A stretch of 49,166 nt of DNA from a virus. Its lineage: Duplodnaviria > Caudoviricetes. The translations under genes and the position numbers were made by a program. Positions within the stretch are counted from its first letter, which is position 1. The number at the start of each line of letters is the position of its first letter. Positions 1 to 8,600 of this stretch are shown here, piece by piece. The notes beneath the pieces are model-generated. The model saw only the letters and a list, made by a program, of their open reading frames with translations, was not told the DNA's origin and did not search any database. Location of the stretch: the IMG/VR virus record IMGVR_UViG_3300046490_000035, positions 1-49,166 of that record; one strand, written 5' to 3'.

Positions 1-127
1 CCAAGGACAGGACGTTGCTCACTCGTCCGGGCACCACGTTCTGCGGCGCAGTCAAGGACGAGACCCTGCGACCCGAACTGCTGCCCTTCGTGTTCTCGGA
101 AGACCAGTCGTACGTGATCGAGTCGGG
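1..127 (+). repeat. Terminal direct repeat 1, identical to 47927..48053 (127 bp)
   Basis: Base-by-base identity up to the first mismatch at 128 (G) vs 48054 (T). Confidence 0.93.
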
Positions 128-2885
128 GGACAAGAACTTCCGCGTTCGAGCGTCGGACGGGGCGCTGCTCAAGGCGGAGTCGGTCGTGGCTCTTGGGGGG
201 TTCTCTGGGGCTGGAACGATCATGTGGAGATCGAATGACGTTGGAGTGACGTGGGACACGCCCACGCCCCCCATCACTTCAACTTACAAGGCAGTGTGCC
301 AGGCTGCCAATGGCAGACTTGTGGCAGTCGGGCCCATTGGCCTGGCGGCTCTGAGTGACGACGGGGGGACCACTTGGAGATATGTGCCGGCCGGAGGCGT
401 TACAGGACTGGGGGTGGCGTTCAATGGCCGCACCCTGTTGTCGGTCGGAGGTGCGATGGGCGCAATTTCTCACGACAACGGGGAGACTTGGCAAGGGTAC
501 GGATTCGACCCCAGCACGACGAGCTGGACTGCGTCCATGTCGGGCGTGGGCGTGTCCTGGGGAAACGGTCGATGGATCATGGTCGGGACTACCATCTCCG
601 GGGCAGTGCGTGCCAGATACGCCTACTCTTACGACGGCGAGAACTGGGGAGGCGCGTACGAGCTGGACGGCCTGGATGCGGCCTACGCCACGTCACAGCT
701 CAAATCTGTGTGCTTCGTGTCAGGGGCCTTCCTGTGTGTCGGTTACGCTGGGACGACGGGCATATACGCCACGATCGGCGTACTGGACGCCAACGCGAAG
801 TGGGGCACTTTAGGATCTAACTTGGTGATGGGCGTGGCGACAGACGGCGCTGGGCACGCCAAGTTGGTTGGCGGGTCCGTGGAGACAAACCCTCGCAGTC
901 GCGTGTGGTCTTACGACTCGGGGTCTGGGTTGGTATCCGCGCCAGAAGCGCTGGCCACGTCGTCACTCACAGACGACACACTCGAAGCCGTGTGTTTTCA
1001 TCGCGGGAGCTGGGTGGCTGTCGGAAAGAACAGCGTCGTGAGAGTTTTGACGGGGTCCGCGTGGTCTACCAGCGTTCAGGCGGGAGACCCCAGAACTTTC
1101 TGGACAGTGTGCTCCGGAGCGGGCGCCGAGGTTTTGGAGGTGTCCACTCCGTACACTGTGGGCGCGCAGCTCAACCACGCGCAGTCGGGCGACGTGCTCA
1201 CCCTGTTCAACAAGTACCTCCCGCCGAAGGAGCTGCGTCGGTACGGTCTCTTCGACTGGCGCTTGGAGGACTGGTACAAGGTGCCTCCCACGCGCAAGGT
1301 TACGGGCCTCGCCTTCACGGGCACTCCCGACCAGACGGGGGACTCGCTCCATCCGCCTAAGGCGTGGAAGTACGTGGTGACCTGGGAGGACGAGGAGACG
1401 GGCAGGGAGTCCCTGGCCTGCGCCGCGCTTGTTCCTGGCAGCTCTGGCAAGATCGTGCTGTATCCGGATAAGCCGATCGGCATTCAGTGGGACGCCATCT
1501 CCAAGGCCAGTAGGTACTACGTCTACCGTGGGCGCAACGACGAGTGGGGCTACGTCGGCTCTGTCAAGCAGCCCACGTCGATCTTGGGTACCGCGTTCGC
1601 CACCGTGTACTTCAACGACGACGGCCAGATTCCTGTCACGAGCGAGGACCCTCCAAGCTGGAGCAACCCGTTCCAGTCCGACCTGTCGTACCCGGTGTGT
1701 GGGTGCTACTTCGGCGACCGGTTGGTCGTGGGAGGCAGCCTCGTGCAGCCGCACACCGTCAAGGGCTCCGCTGTGGCGGACTACTACGACTTCGACGAGC
1801 ACTTCATCACGGACGCGGAGGATGCGTACGAGTTCACCCTGACTGCTCGACGGTACGAGGAGATCAAGTGGATCGTACCTCTGGAGGCCCTCATCGTAGG
1901 CACGTCCGAGGGCGAGTGGCTGCTGAGCGGGTCCGGGGAGGAGGCGCTTTCACCGGTCAGCGTTCACGCGCGAGAGCGGTCCACTCAAGGCAGCGGGGAA
2001 GTGCCGCCTGTTGTGGTGGGCGACGGGGTGCTCTATCTGCAACCGGGGCACCAGGGCGTGCGCGACTTCGCGTTCCAGGAGGCGTCGTCGCAGTGGGGAG
2101 GCCAGGACCGCACGGTTTACTCCGGTCACCTGTTCAAGGGGCACTCGATTGTCTCGTGGGCTTTCCAGCAGAAGCCCAACCCCACGGTCTGGGCGGTGCG
2201 GGACGACGGGGTCCTGCTCTCCCTCGCGTGCGTTCGAGAGCTGAACATGTGGGCGTGGGCTCGACACGACACGGACGGTGGACTCTTCGAGCGCGTGTGC
2301 GTCGTCCCCAACGGAGAGGCCGACAAGGTCTTCTTCGTCGTGAAGCGTGGGGCCCAGCGAAACATCGAGACGCTGGACGCCACTCCGAGCACGACCACCA
2401 GTCAACTTAGGTTGGACTGCAAGGTCACGCTGACCTACGGCTACCCACAGCCCACGATCACCGGACTACCTTTTCAGACGGGCACGGCGTACGTGATAGC
2501 AGACGGAGTCGCGCTCGGAGCGTTCACGGTCGTCGCGGGCGGCTCCATCTTCATCAACAACGGCAACTCCTACACCACGTTCACGGTCGGTCTGCTGTCT
2601 CCGGCGCAGTTCGGCACGCTCGACTTCCCCTCGGAGCACGGAAAGCGCAAGACGATCAGCGGTGTGGGCGTCGAGTTCACGTCGCTCGCGCCCTCCGACG
2701 TGGGGGTCCAGATATCGATAGGGGAGGCCCCAGGCACGGAGAGCTTGCGGTATCTCACCGACGCGGAGAACACCGTCCTGTCGGTGCCCGTGGACACCAG
2801 CACGAATCCTGGAGGCAGGTGCTCCGTGACTTTTTCAGGTCCGACGTTCCTTGAAATTCGCGGAGTGACTCGGGAGGTGTCGTGA
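3..2885 (+). CDS. Tail nozzle / tail tubular protein B, allele A (5'-truncated by the window; true start corresponds to ATG 47809), with Asp-box beta-propeller insert
   Basis: Nozzle-type motifs (LLPFVFSEDQSY, TPY..AQSGDV, YPVCGCYFGDRL, WAVRDDG, WAWARHDT); position between adaptor/tailspike and ejection genes; SxDxGxTW repeats in the insert. Confidence 0.85.
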   Translation, partial: KDRTLLTRPGTTFCGAVKDETLRPELLPFVFSEDQSYVIESGDKNFRVRASDGALLKAESVVALGGFSGAGTIMWRSNDVGVTWDTPTPPITSTYKAVCQAANGRLVAVGPIGLAALSDDGGTTWRYVPAGGVTGLGVAFNGRTLLSVGGAMGAISHDNGETWQGYGFDPSTTSWTASMSGVGVSWGNGRWIMVGTTISGAVRARYAYSYDGENWGGAYELDGLDAAYATSQLKSVCFVSGAFLCVGYAGTTGIYATIGVLDANAKWGTLGSNLVMGVATDGAGHAKLVGGSVETNPRSRVWSYDSGSGLVSAPEALATSSLTDDTLEAVCFHRGSWVAVGKNSVVRVLTGSAWSTSVQAGDPRTFWTVCSGAGAEVLEVSTPYTVGAQLNHAQSGDVLTLFNKYLPPKELRRYGLFDWRLEDWYKVPPTRKVTGLAFTGTPDQTGDSLHPPKAWKYVVTWEDEETGRESLACAALVPGSSGKIVLYPDKPIGIQWDAISKASRYYVYRGRNDEWGYVGSVKQPTSILGTAFATVYFNDDGQIPVTSEDPPSWSNPFQSDLSYPVCGCYFGDRLVVGGSLVQPHTVKGSAVADYYDFDEHFITDAEDAYEFTLTARRYEEIKWIVPLEALIVGTSEGEWLLSGSGEEALSPVSVHARERSTQGSGEVPPVVVGDGVLYLQPGHQGVRDFAFQEASSQWGGQDRTVYSGHLFKGHSIVSWAFQQKPNPTVWAVRDDGVLLSLACVRELNMWAWARHDTDGGLFERVCVVPNGEADKVFFVVKRGAQRNIETLDATPSTTTSQLRLDCKVTLTYGYPQPTITGLPFQTGTAYVIADGVALGAFTVVAGGSIFINNGNSYTTFTVGLLSPAQFGTLDFPSEHGKRKTISGVGVEFTSLAPSDVGVQISIGEAPGTESLRYLTDAENTVLSVPVDTSTNPGGRCSVTFSGPTFLEIRGVTREVS
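1126..1252 (+). repeat. Terminal direct repeat 2, identical to 49040..49166 (127 bp)
   Basis: Identity begins right after the mismatch 1125 (G) vs 49039 (A) and runs to the window end. Confidence 0.93.
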
Positions 2886-3328
2886 TCCAACTTCAAGCAC
2901 CCACCGAAGCGCACGTCTTGGAACTGGCCGCGAACATGCGGGACGGAGATCGACTGGAGTGCCTCGCTGCGTACTCCGATCCAGTCGACGCAATCTGGGA
3001 CTCTCTGGCTTCGGCAGCTCTGGCTTGGACCGGCGTGAACAGCAAAGGCCGGGTCGTTTTCATGGCAGGAGTGAGCCCTGAGGGACGTATTTTTCTTCTG
3101 TCCACGGGCGCCGTGGACTTGGAGCCCTTGGCCTACTGCCGGTCGGTGAGAGGGCTTCTTCGTGAGGGAACCAAGGCCCTGGGCAAGCTACTGTGCTACG
3201 TTGATTCTCGGTACGAGGTCTCGCTGCGATGGCTTCGTGGGATGGGTTTTATGATCGACGACAAGCACCCATTGCCAGTGGGCGTCAACGCGGTGCCGTT
3301 CTACCCGTGCACTTACGGAGGGGCGTGA
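2882..3328 (+). CDS. GNAT-fold internal virion protein A-like (DUF2833 / T7 gp13-like)
   Basis: LAANMRxxDxxEC N-terminus and SLRWLRGMGF C-terminal motif; canonical position after the nozzle; GTGA overlap. Confidence 0.7.
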   Translation: MIQLQAPTEAHVLELAANMRDGDRLECLAAYSDPVDAIWDSLASAALAWTGVNSKGRVVFMAGVSPEGRIFLLSTGAVDLEPLAYCRSVRGLLREGTKALGKLLCYVDSRYEVSLRWLRGMGFMIDDKHPLPVGVNAVPFYPCTYGGA

Positions 3329-3765
3329 TGGGTTTCATCAAAGGAGCGTTGGACGGATTCGCTCAGGAGAAGGCCCTGGCCGCTCAGTCGGGGCAGGCGT
3401 ACGTCAACTCGGCCCTCGCGGACAACGCGGCAGCCGACGCTTTGCAGCGTGGAGAGCAGAAGGTGGCCCAGGTGGCTGCCGAGGGCAACCAACGTGTGTC
3501 TGCGCAGAAGGTCGCCTACGCCAACGCAGGCGTGGACACCTCCAGTGGCACCCCCGCCAAGGTCATCTCGCAGACTGCTATGATCGCTCAACTTGAGGAA
3601 CTGACTCAACGAAATAACGCAGCGAGAGCAGCTTACGGGTACAAGGTTCAGGCGGTGCAGCTCAGGCAGCAAGCCGAGGATCTCAGCCAGGCAAGTCAGT
3701 CGGCTGGAGCTGATGCTGGGGTAGGGTTGGCGATTGGCGGGGCGACATCAGGATTCGGGAGCTGA
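3328..3765 (+). CDS. Small internal virion (ejection) protein
   Basis: Ala/Gln-rich helical sequence with AYANAGVDTSSGTP motif typical of T7 gp14-like proteins; TGATG coupling at 3328. Confidence 0.7.
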   Translation: MGFIKGALDGFAQEKALAAQSGQAYVNSALADNAAADALQRGEQKVAQVAAEGNQRVSAQKVAYANAGVDTSSGTPAKVISQTAMIAQLEELTQRNNAARAAYGYKVQAVQLRQQAEDLSQASQSAGADAGVGLAIGGATSGFGS

Positions 3766-3772
3766 GACACTT

Positions 3773-5662
3773 ATGGCCAACATACCAGCAGCTCCGACTT
3801 TCGCGCAGACGGACACCGAAGCTCTCCCCACGCCGTTCGACAGAGGGGACAAGACTCTCCCGGCGCAAGCTATCGCGCGTGCTGGTAAGATCGCGTCGGA
3901 GGTGGGGCAGTTCGCCATGAGCGCGCTACAAAAGTCCGTGGACCAGGCCGACGCCACGGCAGTTCAGGAGGCAGAGACCCAGTACAACCAGGAGATCCAG
4001 AGTCGCCTGTACGGCACCCCGCCCACCCAGGACTCCGAGTATTCGACTCGGCTGAACGCGGGTCTTCCCGTCTCGTCCTCCGAAGGGACTGAGGGGTTTC
4101 GAGCGCTCAAGGGCCACGCCGCGCTGTCGCAGTCGGCGGACGTGACGAAGTCGTTGGAGGATGCCCGCAAGAACATCGCGGGCGGTCTGACCAACGACCG
4201 TCAGCAGCAGCTCTTTCTGAGCCGCACGCAGTCCGAGATGCTCGGTGCGCAGCGGCAAGTGGAGCAGCACACCTTCGAGCAGGACCAGTACGTCAAGGAC
4301 GAGGCGTTCAAGACCAGCATACGCACCACCGCGCTCTCCGCCGTCAACGCCTACTCCGACCCTCTGGAGCGTCAGCGGCAGATCGAGACATCGCGTCCGT
4401 GGCTGGAGCTGGAGGCCGAGCGCCAGGGGCTTCGAGGTCGGGACGCCGAGGTCTTCGTCGAGAAGTATCAGGGCGCCGTGGCGGAGCAGGTGCTCCAACG
4501 CATCATGGCGGACGACGGGCGCTCGTCGGACGCGCTGGCATTCTTCGAGCAGAACCGTCAGAAGATCGGGCCTGACGCGCACAAGTACGAGGCGCAGCTC
4601 AAGAGGCTCTCGACCGTAGAGAACGCCACCGACGAGGTCAAACGCATCGAGCAGCAGTATTTCGACGACCCCGCCGCGCAAGAGAAGGCCGTGGCAGGAC
4701 TCTCCGGCGAGATGGGGGCGAAGGCCCTCGACATCTTCCGCGAGCGCCTCGGGGCCCGGGAGTCCGCGCAGCGTGCTGCGGACAACGCGACGCTGGGCAC
4801 GGTGGTGGACAACATCGAGGCGAAGAGAGTCCAGAACTCGGGGCAGCTTGAGCACGACCCCGCGTTCAACAAGCTGTCCGACGAGGGCAAGGGCAAGGCG
4901 CGTGAGCATCTGCGCCTGATGCAGAACTCGGTCCGCATCAACGACGCAGAGTGGCGCCGGCAGCAGCGCGAAGCGGACCTCGCCATGCTCCACGACTTCC
5001 AGGCTGTGCCCCTGGAGGACCGGGTCAAGCTGGACCTGAACCAGCGCTACGCGGGCGTGGCAAGCCCCAACGGAATGAACCTGATCAAGGCCGAGATGCT
5101 CAAGGCCAAGAAGGAGTTCGCCAAGGACGGCGGGGTCAAGGAGATGGAGTTCGATCGCCTGGTCCAGACCGAGGCCCAGGGGATCTTGCCCGACAAGCAG
5201 GATATGGACGAGTTCAAGGGAGTGCTGCGACGCCTGCGGTCGGACTGGATGGTCGCTCCGGGAAACACCGACAAGCCCCTCCCGCGCGAAGAGGCGATGA
5301 AGTGGATCACTCAGCAGCTCACTCGCAAGGACGTTCCGTGGGGCTTCGACAAGTTCGCCTACAGGCTCTCTCCCGAGGACAACAAGAAGTACGGCAACAC
5401 GTCGGAGCAGCCCTACTGGCAACAGCGGTTGGCTCAGCCCAATGAAGCGCCAGGGTCAGCTCCGCAGGATCCCGCGACCTCGGCTCCGAGCGTGCCGACG
5501 CGCAAGCAGGCAACAGCCACCTCGGAGATACCTACCGAAGTGCTGACTAGGATCAAGAGTGACTACGACGGCTGGAGGGCGCAGCACCCCAACAAGCCCC
5601 CGGTGTCAGACGCCATGCTTCTTCGGGCGTACAACGACGGACTTGCCAGCGGAGCGTGGTAG
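3773..5662 (+). CDS. Internal virion (ejection) protein, middle-sized
   Basis: ~629 aa helical protein between the small ejection protein and the giant protein; synteny with podophage ejectosome genes. Confidence 0.65.
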   Translation: MANIPAAPTFAQTDTEALPTPFDRGDKTLPAQAIARAGKIASEVGQFAMSALQKSVDQADATAVQEAETQYNQEIQSRLYGTPPTQDSEYSTRLNAGLPVSSSEGTEGFRALKGHAALSQSADVTKSLEDARKNIAGGLTNDRQQQLFLSRTQSEMLGAQRQVEQHTFEQDQYVKDEAFKTSIRTTALSAVNAYSDPLERQRQIETSRPWLELEAERQGLRGRDAEVFVEKYQGAVAEQVLQRIMADDGRSSDALAFFEQNRQKIGPDAHKYEAQLKRLSTVENATDEVKRIEQQYFDDPAAQEKAVAGLSGEMGAKALDIFRERLGARESAQRAADNATLGTVVDNIEAKRVQNSGQLEHDPAFNKLSDEGKGKAREHLRLMQNSVRINDAEWRRQQREADLAMLHDFQAVPLEDRVKLDLNQRYAGVASPNGMNLIKAEMLKAKKEFAKDGGVKEMEFDRLVQTEAQGILPDKQDMDEFKGVLRRLRSDWMVAPGNTDKPLPREEAMKWITQQLTRKDVPWGFDKFAYRLSPEDNKKYGNTSEQPYWQQRLAQPNEAPGSAPQDPATSAPSVPTRKQATATSEIPTEVLTRIKSDYDGWRAQHPNKPPVSDAMLLRAYNDGLASGAW

Positions 5663-8600
5663 ATGCCGACTGACTGGGACAAAATCGAAGGTGAGATCTC
5701 CGCCAGCGCGAACGGCACTCCGTCGCCGGAGCTGGACGTGGGGACCACGGCGCGCATTCCCGACGAGCCGGTCGTGCAGCCGTTGGAGTTCAAGCGCGAG
5801 CCGGCCGGGGCTGCTCAGCCTCCGTCTCCTCCCGTTGTGAACTGGGACGCGCTGGACCAGCAGCAGGAGCAGGACAACCAGACCAAGGACAACCGGCTCC
5901 GGTTCTTGTTCGAGCAGGGTCTCCAGAAGACCCCGGACAAGCACGCGAATATCAAGACCCTGGTGAACGAGACGGGGCTCAGTCCGGATCTGGTGGAGAG
6001 CCAGTACGAGGCCGTCAAGAACGCCGTGGCCGCCGCCAAGTTCAACCCGACGAAGTTCAGGGAGGAGAACCCCAAGCTCGCGCAGCTTCTCCTGGAGAAC
6101 CCGGACGCGGCCAAGCCAGTCCTTCATGATGAGGAAATCTCGTCGCTCACGAAGGTTCTGCGCGCATGGGATCGGTGGAGCACTGCCAACCCATGGGCTG
6201 CGAGACTCAGCGAGTTCTCCGTCAACCCCGCCACCATGCTGGGCTACCCGTTGGTGGGCGTGACGGCGGAGCTGCTGGACGCGCCTCCACCCAAGCAGAC
6301 AGCGCAGGTGGAGTCACCGTCCGGGAAGCTGACCGGCCTCGAAAGGATGTTCGGCAAGACCGAGCAGGTCCCCTCCGACCTTCCGGACACGGGGCCGAGC
6401 GCGGACGCGATGGCGGAGATGGCGCTTGCCACGGGCAAGGCCCCCCAGGCGACGACCAAGATCGTCACTCCTGGCATCTACCAGGACGCCTTCCAGAACA
6501 ACCAGAAGCAACTCGAATACTCGAAGCTGGGTTTCGAGCTGATGCTCAAGCGCGGACGGGCCGAGGCCAGCGGCTCCCCCGCCGACACGTGGGATCTGGA
6601 AAAGAAGATCCTCGCGGCCAAGCAGGACTTGGGGCAGCGGTACTACAACGCCAACTTCGTCGAGAAGATGCTGCTCGACACCGCCGAGCTGGCACCCTCG
6701 CAGTTGGAGGCGTTGAAGGGCGGCGGAGTTGGAGGAGCTGTCGGCGCTGGTGTGGCCGGAATCGGAGCGCTGGTAGCGACTCGCAGCCCTGGCGTGGCCA
6801 AGAAGGCCGCTCAGCTCGGCTACAAGTACGGATCGCGCATCGGCGCCTTCTCCACGACCTACCGGCTGGAGTCGGGTTCGGCTTACCTGGAGTACCTCGA
6901 CACCAAGACGGACTCCGGCAAGCTCATCGATGAGCCGGCAGCGCGAGGCGCGGCAGCGCTCTACGGAGTGGTGGCTGCGGCTGTCGAGGTGGACGCGCTC
7001 GGGCCGTTCTTCAGCATGTTCGGACCTCTCGGGGATGCTGTCGCCAAGGGCGAGGGCTCCGCGTTCATGAAGAACATGCTCCGGGACAGCTCGTTCCGGT
7101 CGGTCGCCACGGACATCGGCAAGCGCCTTCTGCACGGGGCCAACGCGGAGGCGTCGCAGGAGGCCATCCAGCAGGTGGCCCAGGACTTCTTCGGCTACGC
7201 GGCCAAGACGGTCACTGCCGGTGCTCCGCAGAAGGCCGACCTCATGAGCACGGCCGAGGCGTCGGCGGAGGCCTACTCCAAGGCGTTCACGGGCACCGGA
7301 GTCATGGGCGTCGGCGGCATCCCCTCCACGCTGCTCGGGCACGCCTACCAGCAGAGCGTATCGCGGGAGAGCGGGACGCTCGTGGCTGCCATGGCGAACC
7401 TGGCGGCAAACAGCCCCGGGGCGAAGTCGGCACCGAAGGTGGTGGCGGGACTGGTCGCTGACCAGACGGCGTCCGTGGGCGCCCCCGTCACGCACATGTA
7501 CGTGAAGGCCGACGCTTTCACGACGCTGTTCCAGTCGCAGAACGCGGACCCCTCCGAGGCCGCTCGCAAGCTCATGGGGGAGGACGGGCCCAAGCGCCTG
7601 CAAGAAGCGCAGGCTGGAACGAACGGTGGAGCGATCGCTGTGCCCGTGGAGGAGTACCTCGCGAAGTGGGGAGACAAGGGCGTCGCGGAGGCCCTGGCCG
7701 GTGACACCACCTCGCAGCCGCACCTCCCCACCATCAACATGCAGGTGGCGTTGGCCAAGGAGATCCAGGACTGGCGCAAGGCGCTGGTGAAGGAGTACGA
7801 CGACGAGAATGCTCCCGAGCCGAAGTCGGACGCGGAGAAGCGCCTCGTGGACGCTGTTCGCAAGCAGCTCGTGGCCACGGGCGTGGAGAACCCCGCTGAC
7901 GCTCGTCGGTCCGTGTCGATCATCCGAGCGTTCATCCGCACCCAGGCCTTCGAAGCCAGGGTCTCGGAGGACGCGCTGTTCAGCGCGTACGCGGCCTCAG
8001 TGGAGAAGACCCAGTCAATTGACGTTGAAGCGATGGCGCAGGACTCCGTGAAGACCGCCACGCAGTCGGACCAGGCACGGTGGGCGGGGCTGTCTCCCGA
8101 GGCCAAGGCCAAGGAGATGTTCATCGACCCGGGCACTGGCCTCCAGAACGCGCGTGCGTTCGAGATGCGAGCCCAAGATCCGTCCAAGCCCTTCGTGGCG
8201 GACATCTCGGTGGAGGGGACGAAGTACAAGAACAAGGAGGGGCACGACCAGGGCGACGCGCTCTACCAGGCCACGGCCCAGGCTCTCCACAGCGTGGCCC
8301 CCGACGTGGCCAAGGTGGGAGGCGACTTCAAGCTGGCGGTGAAGGACCAGTCCGAGCTGGACTCCATTCTGGCCCAGGGCAACGCCAACATGCTGGCGAA
8401 GGGTTACACGATCACCGGCAAGCTCGGCAAGACCTCGCAGGAGGCCCAGGCCGCGCACATCGCCTGGAGGGAGTCGGAGGAGGCTGCAAAGCGCCGCGCC
8501 CCTAGGGGCGAGAAGCCTTTGGGGGCCTCCGAGGGCCCGATTCAGGCCTCGCCCGTGCAGAACGTCACGGTCCCCGAGAGCCTGCGCGCCGCGTTCGACA

